Shown: positions 45,341 to 59,931 of the stretch, piece after piece
How positions within the stretch are numbered: position 1 is the first letter of the stretch
How the letters are laid out: each line of letters opens with the position of its first letter
Source: the human T2T-CHM13v2.0 reference genome, Homo sapiens
Reading direction: 5' to 3' (one strand)
Assembly: GCF_009914755.1 (NCBI RefSeq)
Contig: NC_060927.1
DNA: 64,000 nucleotides
Position numbers and translations under genes: made by a program
Notes under the pieces: model-generated
What the model was told of the DNA's origin: nothing
Databases searched by the model: none
Seen by the model: the letters and a program-made list of their open reading frames with translations, nothing else

Positions 45341-47212
45341 GGGAACAAGTTACCCATTTGTTGTCCCCTACTTGAGGAGGGAATCAACCCTGAAGTCTGG
45401 GCATTGGAAGGACACTTTGGAAGGGCAAAAAATGCCTGCCTAGTCCAAATCAGGCTAAAAGACTCCACCACTTTTCCTTATCAAAGGCAATATCCCTTAA
45501 GGCCTGAAGCTCATGAAGGATTACTGGATATTGTTAAACATTTAAAAGCTCAAGGTTTAGTAAGGAAATGCAGCAGTCCCTGCCACACCCCAATTCTAGG
45601 ATACAAAAACCAAATGGTCAGTGGAAACTAGTGCAAGATCTTAGACTCATCAAGCAGGCAGTAATTCCTTTATATCCAATTGTACCCAACCCCTATACCC
45701 TGCTGTCTCAAATACCAGAGGAAGCAGAATGGTTCACTGTTCTGGACCTCAAGGATGCCTTCTTTTGTATTCCCCTGCATTCTGACTCCCAGTTTCTCTT
45801 TGCCTTTGAGGATCCCACACGTCCCAACTTACACGGACGGTCTTGCCCCAAGGGTTTAGGGATAGCCTTCATCTGTTTGGTCAGGTACTGGCCCAAGATC
45901 TAGGCCACTTCTCCAGTCCAGGCACTCTGGTCCTTCAGTATGTGGATGATTTACTTTTGGCTATCAGTTCAGAAGCCTCATGCCAGCAGGCTACTCTAGA
46001 TCTCTTGAACTTACTAGCTAATCAAGGGTACAAGGTGTCTAGGTCAAAGACCCAGCTTTGCCTAGAGCAGGTCAAATATCTAGGCCTAATCTTAGCCAGA
46101 GATGCCCTCAGCAAGGAATGAATACAGCCTATATGGGCTTATCCTCACCCTAAAACATTAAAACAGTTTCAGGGGTTCCTTGGAATCACTGGCTTTTGCC
46201 GACTATGGATCCCTGGATACAGCAAGATAGTGAGGTCCCTCTATATTCTAATCAAGGACACCCAGAGGGCAAATACTCATCTAGTAGAATGGGAAACCAG
46301 GAACAGAAATAGCCTTCAAAACCTTAAAGCATGTCCTAGTAGAAGCTCCAGCTTTAAGCCTTCCCACAGGACAAAACTTCTCTTTATACATCACAGAGAG
46401 AGCAGGGATAGTTCTTGGAGTCCTTAGTCAGACTTGCAGGACAACCCAACAACCAGTGTCACACCTAAGTAAGGAAATTGATGTAGTAGCAAAAGGCTGG
46501 CCTCACTGTTTACAGGTAGTTGCGGTGGTGGCCGTCTTAGTGTCAGAGGTTATCAAAATAATACAAGGAAAGGATCTCACTGTCTGGACTACTCATGATG
46601 TAAATGGCATACTAGGTGCCAAAGGAAGTTTATGGCTATCAGACAACTGCCTGCTTAGATACCAGGCACTACTCCCTGAGGGACTGGTGCTTAAAATACG
46701 CACGTGTGTGGCCCTTAACATTGCCACTTTTCTCCCAGAGGATGGGAACCAATCGAGTATAACTGCCAACAAATCATAGTCCAGACTTATGTCACCCAAG
46801 ATGATCTCTTAGAAGTCCCCTTAGCTAATCCTGGCCTTAACCTATATACTGATGGAAGTTCATTTGTGGAGAATGGGATATGAAGGGCAGGTTATGTGAT
46901 GTAACCATAGTTAGTGATGTAACCATACTTGAAAGTAAGCCTCTTCCCCCAGGGACCAGCACCCAGTTAGCAGAACTAGTGGCATTTACCTGAGCCTTAG
47001 AACTAGGAAAGGGAAGAAGAATAAATGCATATACAGAGAGCAAGTAGGCTTATCTAATCTTATACGCTCATGCTGCAATATGGAAAAAAGGAGAGTTTCT
47101 AACCTCTGGGGGAGCCCCCATTAAATATCACAAGGAAATCATGGAATTATTGCATACAGTGCAAAAACCCAAGGAGGTGGCAGTCTTACACTGCTGAAGC
47201 CATCAAAAAGGG
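45341..47212 (+). pseudogene. pol: HERV9 pol: RT, tether and RNase H, frameshifted; integrase absent
   Basis: WFTVLDLKDAFFCIPL, PQGFRDS and QYVDDLLL lie in different frames. RNase H motifs YTDGSSFVENG (~46843) and STQLAELVAFT are present. Confidence 0.92.
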
Positions 47213-47389
47213 GAAGGAGAGGGGAGAACAGCAGCATAAGCAGCTGGCAGAGGCAGGGAAAGACCAGCAGAAAGGAGAGAGAGAGGAAGAGACAGACAAA
47301 GAGGAAGTCAGAAAGACAGAGATAAAGGAGTCAAAGAGAAAGAAAAAGAGATGGAATTAGTAAAGAAAAAACAGCATACTCTATTCCTT

Positions 47390-47880
47390 TAAAAGCCAGG
47401 GTAAGTTTAAAACCTATAATTGATAATTGAAGGTCTTCTCCATGACCCTATAACACTCCAATACCACCTTGTTGTCAGCGCAAACAAGGGCATAGCCCAA
47501 AAGCACTGAGGCCACTGACAGCCCGCAGCCTTCCCATCAAAAATCCTTAACCCAGCAGGTTTCCTAACAGTGGATCTAAATCTTAATTAATTACCATACC
47601 AAGGTCCTACCAGATCTAGGAGGAACTCACTTCAGGACAGGACGGATAGATGGTTCCTCTCAGGTGATTAAGGGAAAAAGACACAATGGGTATTCAGTAA
47701 GTGATAAGGAAACTCTTGTAGAAGCAGAGTTAGGAAAATTGCCTAATAATTGTTCTGCTCAAATGTGTGAGCTGTTTGCACTTAGCCAAACCTTAAAAGT
47801 ACTTACAGAATCAGGAAGGAGCCATCTATACCAATTCTAGTTAATATGGACTGAACAAGGTCTTATTAATAGCAAAGAAT
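47390..47880 (+). pseudogene. Second, divergent pol (tether/RNase H) remnant, HERV-I/HERVIP10-like
   Basis: From 47646: IDGSSQVIKGKRHNGYSVSDKETLVEAELGKLPNNCSAQMCELFALSQTLK, a frameshift, YLQNQEGAIYTNS, then IWTEQGLINSK. Confidence 0.75.
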
Positions 47881-47943
47881 AATTGAAATCCCAAATTTAC
47901 AAGGTTTTCAACAAAAGTGCAGTTTGCCAAAAGTTCAGTGTAG

Positions 47944-48534
47944 CATGTATTATCCTACTACCACACACCCTCAAAGAATTTCTCAGACAGTTTGCAAGAA
48001 ATAACGAAATCTATCCTTACTCTACAATCCCAAATAGACTCTTTGGCAACAGTGACTCTCCAAAACCACCGAGGCCTAGACCTCCTCACTGCTGAGAAAG
48101 GAGGACTCTGCACCTTCTTAGGGGAAAAGTATTGCTTTTACACTAACCAGTCAGGGATAGTAAGAGATGCTGCCCAGCATTTACGGGAAAAGGCTTCTGA
48201 AATCAGACAATGCCTTTCAAACTCTTATACCAACCTCTGGAGTTGGGCAACATGGCTTCTCCCCTTTCTAGGTCCTGTGACAGCCATCTTGCTATTACTC
48301 ATCTTCGGGCCCTGTATTTTTAACCTCCTTGTCAAATTTGTTTCCTCTAGTATCAAGGCCATCAAGCTACAGATGGTCTTACAAATGGAACCCCAAATGA
48401 GCTCAACTAACAACTTCTACCAAGGACCCCTGGACCGACGGGCTGGCCCTTTAACTGGCCTAAAGAATTCCCCTCTGGAGGACATTACAACTGCAGGGCC
48501 CCTTCTTCACCCCTATCCAGCAGGAAGTAGCTAG
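47944..48534 (+). pseudogene. env: env TM remnant (no SU, signal peptide or fusion peptide)
   Basis: Stop-free frame with heptad repeat, ISD LQNHRGLDLLTAEKGGL, CX6CC altered to CTFLGEKYC, and membrane anchor WLLPFLGPVTAILLLLIFGPCIFNLLV. Confidence 0.9.
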
Positions 48535-48578
48535 AGCAGTCATCCCCCAATTCCTATCAGCAGTTGGGCTGTCCTGTT

Positions 48579-48590
48579 TAGAGGGGGGAT
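48579..48590 (+). other. Polypurine tract
   Basis: tagaggggggat directly before the 3' LTR. Confidence 0.85.
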
Positions 48591-49417
48591 TGACAGGTGA
48601 AGCCAGCTGGACTTCCTGGGTCAAGTGGGGACTTGGAGAACTTTTCTGTCTAGCTAAAGGTTTGTAAATGCACCAATTAGCACTCTGTAAAAATGCACCA
48701 ATCAGCACTCTGTGTCTAGCTAAAGGTTTGTAAACATGCCAATCAGCACTCTGTAAAAATGCACCAATCAGCACTCTGTGTCTAGCTAAAGGTTTGTAAA
48801 CGCACCAATCAGCACTCTGTAAAAATGCACCAATCAGCACTTTGTGTCTAGCTAAAGGTTTGTAAATGCATGAATCAACACTCTGTAAAAATGGACCAAT
48901 CAGCACCCTGTAAAATGGATCTATCAGCAGGACGTGGGTGGGGCCAAATAAGGGAATAAAAGTTGGCCACCCAAGCCAGCAGCAGCAACCTGCTGGGGTC
49001 CCCTTCCACACTGTGGAAGATTTGCTCTTTTGCTCTTCACAATAAATCTTGCTGCTGCTCACTCTTTGGGTCCACACTACCTTTAAAAGCTCTAACACTC
49101 ACTGTGAAGGTCTACGGCTTCACACCTGAAGTCAGCGAGACCACAAATCCACCAGGAGGAGCAAACAACTCCAGATACGCCACCTTTAAGAGCTGTAACA
49201 CTCACTGCGAAGGTCTGTGGCTTCACTCCTGAAGTCAAGAGAGACCACGAACCCACCGGAAGGAGGAAACTCCAGACACATCTGAACATCTGAAGGAACA
49301 AACTCTGGACACACCATCTTTAAGAACTGTAACACTCACCGTGAGGGTCTGTGGCTTCATTCTTGAAGTCAGTGAGACCAAGAGCCCACTGGAAGGAATC
49401 AATTCCAGACAGACACA
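48591..49417 (+). promoter_or_regulatory. 3' LTR12 (827 bp) with expanded 66-bp U3 repeat array
   Basis: tgacaggtgaagccag...agacaca. Units start at 48649, 48715, 48781 and 48847. Confidence 0.93.
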
Positions 49418-49421
49418 GTGT

Positions 49422-49578
49422 AGCCTCTGGGAAACTACCACATGCTCATGACAGAATAAGAGTGAAAATGGCCAATAATATTTCAGTATAATTTTGAGAA
49501 AAGTTTTGATCCTGTGGACCAACTGAAAATGTCTCAAGGACTCCTCAGAGTGCCCAGCCACACTTTGAAAACTACCAA
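49422..49578 (-). mobile_element. Charlie1b-like relic, right part
   Basis: agcctctgggaaactacc...ccacactttgaaaactacc, a hAT-type TIR end. Confidence 0.7.
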
Positions 49579-50716
49579 CCTAAGAGTTATTTTAGAAAAT
49601 CATTGATACACTCAAAGTCATAGAAAACAACACATAAAATCATTTCAAGAAGAACAAATAGTTGCCATAAATGTAAACAGCACTAGGTATGTAAGCTCCA
49701 AAACTAAGCTTATCCTATTTGCAGACAACATGATTTTTCACATAGGAAATCTCAAGGAATCTACTAAGAAAAACTTCCTAGAACTATAAAGTTAATTGGT
49801 CAAGGTTGTAGAGTACAAGAGCAACACAAACTATGAATCTGATCTCTATATGCCAACAACAAACACATGGAAATCAAAATTAAAAACACAGTGTCATTTA
49901 TATTAACTTCAAAGAAAATTAAATACTTAGGTAGAAACCAACAAAACATATACAGTATCTGCATGCTGAATACAAAATGCTGTTGAAAAAAAATCAAAGA
50001 CCTACATAGAGAGACATTGTGTACATGGATTGGAAGACACAACATAGAAAAGGTGTTCATTCTCCTGAAATTGAGCTATAGGTTTAATGTAATTCCTATC
50101 AAACTCCTAGCAAAGGTTTTCATAAACATAGTTAATCTTATTCTAGAATATATATGAAAGGGTAAAGGGCTTACATTAGCTAAAACCATTTAAAAAAACA
50201 ATAAATTACAAGGAATCACTCTACTCAACATTGAGGCTGACTATAGAGCCATAGGACTCAAGCCTGATATTTGCTGAGGAATAGATTAGTGGAACAGAAT
50301 AGAAAAGCTAGAAATAGTTCACACAAATATGCCCAAGTGGTTTTTGACAAAACTAAAAACCAATTCAATGAAGGCATTGTTATCTTTTCAGCAATTGGTG
50401 CTGGAGAAATTAGATATGCATAAGCAAAACAAAACAAAAATAAATAAAACAAATAAACAAAAAACCACAAAGTACCTGGACCTAAACCTCACACCTTATA
50501 TAAAAAAAAAAAAAAATAGATCATGACCTTAAATGTAAATTTGAAACTCTAAAGCTTTTAGAAGAAAACAAAGGACAAAATCTTCAGATATGAAGAGTAG
50601 GCAAAATTCTTAGACTTGACACCAAAAACAGGATCATAAGAGGAAAAATTAATAAACTATAGTTCATCAAACTAAACACAGTGCTCTGTGAAAGACTATG
50701 TTAAGAAGACACATAA

Positions 50717-51852
<1,136 letters not shown>

Positions 51853-52461
51853 AAAAGAAGCTATAAACTGAGAGCTAACCTATCTGACAAAGGACTTGTA
51901 ACCAGAATACATAAAGAACTTTCAAAACTCAATATTTTTTTAAAAATCAACAATTCAATTATAAAATGGGCAAAAGACACTTCACGAAAGAGGATATACA
52001 GATAGAAAATAAGTGCAAAAAAGATGTTCAACATCAGTAGCCATTAAGGTAGTGCAAATTTAAGCCACAATGAGATATCACTATACAACTTCAGAATGGC
52101 TAAAATAAAAAAAATATAACAATACCAAATATAAGTGAGGATGCAGAGAAACTAGATAACTTATACATTGCTTGTAGAAATGTAAAATGGTAGAGCCATT
52201 CCAAAAAATGGTTTGGAAGATTTTCCAAAACTACACATGAATTTACTGTATAACCTAGCGATTGTGTTATCAAATATTTATGCCACAAAAATGGAAATTA
52301 ATGTTCATACAAAAAACTATATGTAAATGTTCATAGCAGCTCTATTTGTAATAGCCCAAAACTGGAAACAACCCAGATATCCTTCAATGAGTTAATGGCC
52401 AAACAGATTATGGTACATTCATAACATGTATTGCTACTCGACAATGAAAAGGAACAAACTG

Positions 52462-52690
52462 TTTTTTTCTATTTTTAAAAGATAAGATCTCACTCTCTTG
52501 TCCATGCTGGAATGAAGTGGCATGATCGTAGCCCACTGCTGCAGTCTCAACCTCCTAGGCTCAAGGGATCCTCCCACCTCAGCCTCCAGAGTTGCTGGAA
52601 CTACAGCATGTAACACCATGCCTGGCTAATTTTTATTATTATTATTTTTAGTAGAGATGTGGTCTCCCTATGATGCTCAAGCTGGTCTCA
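52462..52690 (-). mobile_element. AluJ, 5'-truncated
   Basis: Antisense right arm plus partial left arm with AluJ-type ctcctaggctcaagggatcctcccacctcagcc. Confidence 0.85.
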
Positions 52691-54774
52691 AAAAAAAAAA
52701 ATACTATTGATACACCAACAACTTGGATTTATCTCAAGAGAATTACACTGAATGGAAAAGCCAATTTCACAAAATTACATTCTGTATGATTCTATTTATA
52801 TTGTTCTTGGAATAACATAATTATGGAAACTTAGACTGGATTTGTGGTTGCCAAATGTTAGGGGTGGAGAAAATGGGGATGGGTGTACTTATAAAGTGGC
52901 ATGAGACAGCCTTGTGGTGATGGAACATCTCTGTATTTTGATTGTCATAGTGTTTGCACAAATCTACACAAGTGATAAAATTGCATAGAACCACACACAC
53001 ACACAAATGGGTGCATGTCAAACTGATGAAACCTGAATAAGCTCTGTGGGTTATAAGCCATGTTAATTTACTGGTTTTGGTATTATACTATAGTTGTGCA
53101 ATATGTTATTATAATTGAAGGAAATTGAGTAAAAAATACTTGGGACCTCCCTGTACATTTTTGCCTCTTCCTGTGAATCTATAATTGTTGTGAAATAGCC
53201 TAAAAAAAAAAAACTGAGCCCAATATATGACCTCAAAATAGAGACCAAGTAAAACACATCTGAAAGGAAAAAAGTGCTCAGAGTTTGTGAATAGCTAAAT
53301 AAATGGGTCATGTTATGATTGCACAGACCTCTACAGTTAGAGTCCAGTGTGCCAAGCCAAGAATAAAACACCATCACCAGCCAAGGATAAAACATCATCA
53401 ACAACCACCAGCACAGAGGGACTGAGTAAACTCCTAACCAGAACATGAGCATATAACTCATTATTTTGATTCAATTCCTTTGGCAGCTATCATCCTAGCC
53501 TACCGGAGGAACTCTTCTCTAACTTCAAAAGGTTTGTACTAATTTTAAACTGATCCAATCACACAATTATGCATTCATAATTTCCAGGTCAAACTCTGAT
53601 ATCACCACTTAACATAATCAAAATAGCAAATGTTCTTAAATCGAAAGGTCTGATGTCTTAAAGTTTATCATTCATTCAAATGGGTTGTTACTATGATAGC
53701 TAAAGTCATGAAAAAAACTGTTATATAAAAAATTTAAATGTTGAAGACCAACTTCAATTTCAATAAAAACAAATATTACTTAAGAAACTATTGCTAGGCC
53801 AACTAGCTTATGTTAATAAAAGACTGTATTCTCAAACTGGTAACCTACTGGTTTTAGTAGAATTTCCAGAGATGTAGAATGTGTTCTTACTCCTCAGAAG
53901 TAACTGGTTGGGACATGCATTTGAAAAAAAAAATGCATTAAAATCTGTTTTGTCTAAGAGAGATAATATCTAGGAATTAAGCTATTCATTATTTCCTTTT
54001 CTTTCTACAAAAGGAGTGTAGAAATGCCAAAATGTCAGGAACTGATCAACAAAATGATATGTTAACCTCAGGAGGACAAAATTAAATTCATGACTTGACT
54101 TCTAATTCTTTATTTGACTGGTGTTATGAAAATTGCCAGTCTTTTCTGCAATTGCAATAAAACTCTGTGTTGGCAAGAACTGCTAACTATAATCCACATC
54201 AGTTTTCAAAAAGTTTCTTTGAAGTGTTTTAATTCAATGCCATTTAAAGTTTGTATGTTGGTGTTTACACATCAGGTGGCATTTCCATTTCTGCATCTAT
54301 ATATAAGTTATGAGACTGAGAGAGGAGCCACCATAACTAATATATATTAATATATTAACATTAATATAAATTATCAACATCAATATGCTAATATAAATTA
54401 ATATATCAGAAAAAGTCACTTGTTACAAAATGCCATAGTCTGAGTGCCTCGCCAGGAACCACTATGGTAGAGGGTGTATTTATAATCAGCACACCTTCCA
54501 TCAGCTTTAACAAGAGTGTTTGAACTTTTTGGCCCTTTAGGCTCTGACTTTGAACACAACACATGTCAACCAAGTTATTCCAAAGTTCCAAGTATGTAAA
54601 TGCTATAATATAGTGAGAAAGCACATTTCTCCCAAAATCAGTGCAGTTCAACCAAAAACTCATGTGAATATAGCTAACAAAATGCTAGATTACAGAGTAA
54701 AGACAAAGGAAAAAAAAGATCTGGCCCTTATCTTGAAAAGTTTACAGGTTTTTGAATTGACAGTCAAAATAAGG

Positions 54775-55095
<321 letters not shown>

Positions 55096-56453
55096 TCAAA
55101 CTCATTTTCATGGCCATCCCTAAAGAACAAATTTCCAAATAGTCAAACACACAAATATCAGAAAGAGAAATTATTAATTTTATTTTACAAAAATTAAGTT
55201 AATTTGCATTCAGGGTAATGTGCACAATATTTATAAAATTAAATTTAGATTATCTCAGAAACTTCATGCATTTTTTTGTCACATGCCAACAAAGTTCATC
55301 TGTAACTGCCAGACGACAAAAAGCTTTACATGGTGAATTGCTGTGTGCCCAATGCTGCTTATTTTCACTTTCATCGTAAATGAAATGTGATTAGACAAAG
55401 TCTCCCCACAGTACTTGAAGGTGAGAGTGAATGCACAATGAGCAAAATAAATGTAGCAGAACATGGGCTTTGAATTCCTAATGGTTGCTTGGCAATAAAA
55501 TATGTGTATGCAATAGTAATGAAACTGTATTTTTCTTCAGAGCAATGAGATTCCTATCCATGGGGCAAAAAGATATGCATTAAAGTGTCAAGAAACCCAT
55601 CCTAGGAGCCTTGATAAGGCCCCTTTTCCCATTCCATCAGTCAACCAGGCAGGCTAGGAAACACTGTTCCTGGTCCCCACACCTGACAATGACATCCCAT
55701 AGCAGGGGCTGGGGTGCAGTGCTGGCTCTCCCAGCAGCAGCACACTTTTGGTGTTAAAGCAGAATTCATCATGAAGTATTTGAGTTACCATCCAACAGTC
55801 TGGAGATATTTGATTTTGTAATGTCATCAGATTTTTATCCATAAAATATGACTCATTATTTTATAATTGAATTCATCAGGAAATTGTACAATTCTATCGA
55901 AATGCATTATTTTCCCCCTTTCTTGGCTAAAGTTTCTTTTTCTTACACAGAAATTAAGAAGGAAGGTAGGAAGGAAACGTGAGTGTTTAACAGTGATGAA
56001 TGCAAGCATAACTTTGTTCTGAGCTTTTATCAGAAGGCCCAATGGGCCCAACTCCCAGCGTTGACATTGTGAATTTGAGTCATCAGATGATAGTGGGACT
56101 TCACACAACCATTTAATTAAATATGGAGAATTTAATACCACTTTGATATTTTCAGGGGTTCCAAATACATCCACAGAAGGAAATGAACCAATAAAGCTGT
56201 CCAGATAAAGTTCATTTTTGCTGACAGTATCCAAGCTCTAAAGAACAGACTGTTTTTCTAAATATTCTAGAATGAATATAAATTAGGAAAAGGAAAAAAG
56301 TTTTACGAAGAATGTTTGTTTTCATAAAATTTCAGAGTGACCACCACTTCACAGTAGTTTTCAAATAATTGATTTGTTACATAAGGATTTAAAAAATGAT
56401 AAGTTACACAATATGCCAGTTTGCCTAGCAAATATAGCCCTGTATGTATCCTC

Positions 56454-56456
<3 letters not shown>

Positions 56457-56498
<42 letters not shown>
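56457..56498 (+). repeat. Pure A42 homopolymer
   Basis: Counted directly. Confidence 0.95.
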
Positions 56499-56501
<3 letters not shown>

Positions 56502-56808
56502 CCTCTGCACTTATTCCAAATTGCTTCTTTTAAGAGAACTTCTGATCTCACAGATAAAGCTAGACTAAAAAAAAGTTTTCTTAGAAACAACTAAGGATTC
56601 TCTCATCATATGTCTTTGATAAACTAATGAATGTCATTGGTAAAGCTTAAATTTACTTTGCATTAAACTATAGTAGATGGCTATTGAATCAAGAACTAAA
56701 TATTGTATTGAACTGAATATTTAAAAACATGTTATACTTATCTCAAGATGTAGACATCTTCTAAAAGAGATAAGAACCCGTTTGAAACAATAATAAACAG
56801 ATAATACA

Positions 56809-56967
56809 GGCCAGGTGTGGTGGCTCACACCTGTAATCCCAACACTTTGAGAGGTCATGGCGGGAAGAATCCCTTGAGGCGAGGAGTTCAAAACCACCCC
56901 AGGCAACAGTGAGATTCCATCTCTACAGAAACAATAACAACACAAACAAAACACAAACAAAACAAAC
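56809..56967 (+). mobile_element. FLAM_C / Alu left monomer with CAAA-rich tail
   Basis: ggccaggtgtggtggctcacacctgtaatccc...ccatctctac followed by an A/C-rich tail. Confidence 0.85.
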
Positions 56968-57080
56968 ATAATAGAAAAATGTGTCAAGCAGTAAGAAATA
57001 TGAGAAATGGAGAGGGCTAAATAAACATTAAAATGTAGAAAATAATTTATTTGACCAAGTGTTTGGACCAACATTACAAC

Positions 57081-57533
57081 TGCAGTAGATACAATTAATG
57101 CCCTTCCCAGAATCTTTACCTGCCAGATTAATCATTCCCCAGCTGCTGTGAGTTTTGGCTAGAACAAGAGGAAGACACCTCTCCCAGAGATGTCTGTGTT
57201 TGTGGTTATGGAAGCTCCTACCCACTCAGGGGTGCCTGTAGGGAGTAGAGAGGCGGCCCTTAGCCAATAATTGACCAACACAGAAGTACAAAATATAATT
57301 TGTCTCAGTGGAACAACTCCTAGGAGCCATTCAAACTCTCTAGAGCTCCACATGGGATCAGGATGAGTCTAGACTTCTGTTAAAAGCATATCCTTTCCTA
57401 GGTTTTCCACCTACCTTATTTGGCTTCTGTCATTTCCTAACAGTTTCCTTCTGAGAACATTCCCTCAAAAAAAAAAAAATCATTTGCAAGGAATCCTCAA
57501 TTCAGGCTCTGCAGTAGGGAAACTGACCTAACA
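57081..57533 (+). mobile_element. ERVL solo LTR (LTR16A-like)
   Basis: ccccagctgctgtgag...agagctccacatgggatcagg...tcaggctctgc...ctgacctaaca. Confidence 0.7.
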
Positions 57534-58810
57534 ATAATCAACCTACTCGATATTTTAGCATAAATATCATGAATTAAAAAATGACTCAAGTAATTTCTAA
57601 TTTTTTTATAATTTCACTTTTGCTGCAATGAAATGTTGTCTTATGTACTTCTGAGAATCACTGATATCAAATTAGTCAGATAGTATTTGTTGATTGTATT
57701 TCTGTTTTTTCAGGGGAAGAAAAACTCTTTTATTTGGAATGAAAATATGTCTTAGAGCCCAACAAAGTTACTACATTATTTTGAACTAATATCTTAAAAT
57801 TTCCCTTCCTGCTTGATGCTTACACTTTTTATGTTATACAAAATATATGAAGGGGAAATATAAATATGGCTGTATATGGCACAGTTATAAAATGTGTTTC
57901 AACAGTCTTAGTGTACTGAACTACCTGTCTTTGAATCATAATTTTGAAAACACAAGTCTTTCATGATTAGTCTTTTATAATTAGTTGATCTACATTAGAA
58001 CTGTTTCCAATTATTTCTACATTTCAGGATAACTGAACAACTTCTTAAGAAAATGACATAAATTAATATCAATCGTGCAAAATTAATTTCCTTTAATATT
58101 CACACAAGAAGATGCATGCAGGTGGATAGGACAGCTAGAAATGCTGGAGGACTGGTTTGTTTATTTTGATTTTGCTTTCTTTTCCATAATGAGCATGTAA
58201 TCCAATGAGATTGTCTACACAATACAATCAAAATCAATTAAGAACCACGTATTGATTTGTTTTGCCATATTTAACTACATTAAAAGCTTATCACTGTTAC
58301 CATTTAATGCTTACCAAGTTGTTTTATTGCATATTAAATGCAAAATCTATATTAATATAATTTTGAGACTTCATATTTGGAATTGAGGGGGAAAATAAAG
58401 AAAATAAAAGGTTAGATTTCCTCACCAAAGGTCAATTTTGTCTGTCGGTTGAAAGATTCATATAAAATAATTTAAATGATAAAAGTGGCAATTTTTTTGA
58501 AAGCAAAAACATATAAGTTCAGTTTAACATTTGTGTGTGTGTGTATACACACATACAGGTGCCCTTATTTACATACATATGCGCTGTGTGCTTGTGTGGG
58601 CATAATATATTTCCTGTATCAATCCAGTTTCAGTTGTAAAGGTGCTTACTTGAATAATTTTAAAGCAATTTATTTCTGTTGAATAGATGGAAATGTTAAG
58701 ATACCATTTCATTTTTCATTGAAAACAGTTATTCAAAAAGATACAATGAAGCAGTAAGAACCCATAGCTCCAGATAGAAACTTAGAAACAGATAACATTT
58801 AATAAATTTG

Positions 58811-59170
<360 letters not shown>

Positions 59171-59334
59171 TCACCAGAGCATGGAGTAGGATGATTAAGG
59201 CATGATGAGCTGTAAGATATCAAGAAGCAGACATCTTGACCTCAAGTTCCCTCTATTCTATTTAGGAAGTCAATAAATGTATATGTGTGAAACAATGAGA
59301 TAATTCAAATAAGATTTCTTCACTTAATGGGTAT

Positions 59335-59821
59335 ATATCAGTTACCTATCACCACAATAATGCTGCATAACAAGCAGCAAGAAACCTCAGTGACATAAAA
59401 CAAGAACTTATTGCTCATACATCAGAGGCAATAATTAGATGGCTCTGCTGATCTTAAATAGCTCACTTATTCATCTGAGGGCTGGCTGGTTTCCAGCTGA
59501 TCTAGGTTGGCCTTGTCTATGCCCAATCATGTGTCTGAAGTCTAGCTAGCTTACTTACTTATCTATGGGTTGGCTCTATTCCATATGTTTCATCCTCCGT
59601 AAGACTAGCTTAGCGTTTTCTTATAGCAATGGCCAAAGAATGAAAATTAGGATGTTCCGTTCAACCACCTGCTATATGAATTCTTCTAACACTCTATTGG
59701 CCAAAGGAAGTAACATTGCTGAGCCCAGAGTTCAAGTGAAGGGACACCAAAAAGCTATAAAAAAAAGAACATGGACTCCGAGATGAGGAAAGAATTGAGG
59801 CCAATAACTCAGTCCACCACA
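59335..59821 (-). mobile_element. MaLR solo LTR (MLT1H/I/J-like)
   Basis: cagttacctatcaccacaataatgctgcataacaa...gaattgaggccaataactcagtccaccaca. Confidence 0.7.
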
Positions 59822-59931
59822 GTGGGTATTTATTGAATGATTATACTATTGTCAGAACTTGTTGGGGTTAAACTCTTTTAATAATCTTTACTGATATACC
59901 AACTTAATGGCAACAGATAGAATGTGTTGCT

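Larger units (their letters stand above)
41607..49417 (+). mobile_element. HERV9 (ERV9) provirus with two LTR12-family LTRs, defective
   Basis: LTR-PBS-leader-gag-pro-pol(RT, RH)-env TM-PPT-LTR order. The 4-bp TSD is ATGT (41603-06) versus GTGT (49418-21), one mismatch. Confidence 0.96.

Noticed and set aside
48649-48912. Regularly spaced repeats resembling a CRISPR array
   Set aside because: These are head-to-tail LTR U3 repeats with no unique spacers, in eukaryotic DNA with no cas genes.
48460-49098. 212-aa antisense ORF with repeated PLARHRVLIGAFLQSADWCVYK units (similar ORFs at 41569-42006 and 589-810)
   Set aside because: It is a by-product of the 66-bp (22-codon) LTR12 repeat. The same frame recurs in every LTR12 copy and there is no sign of an independent gene.
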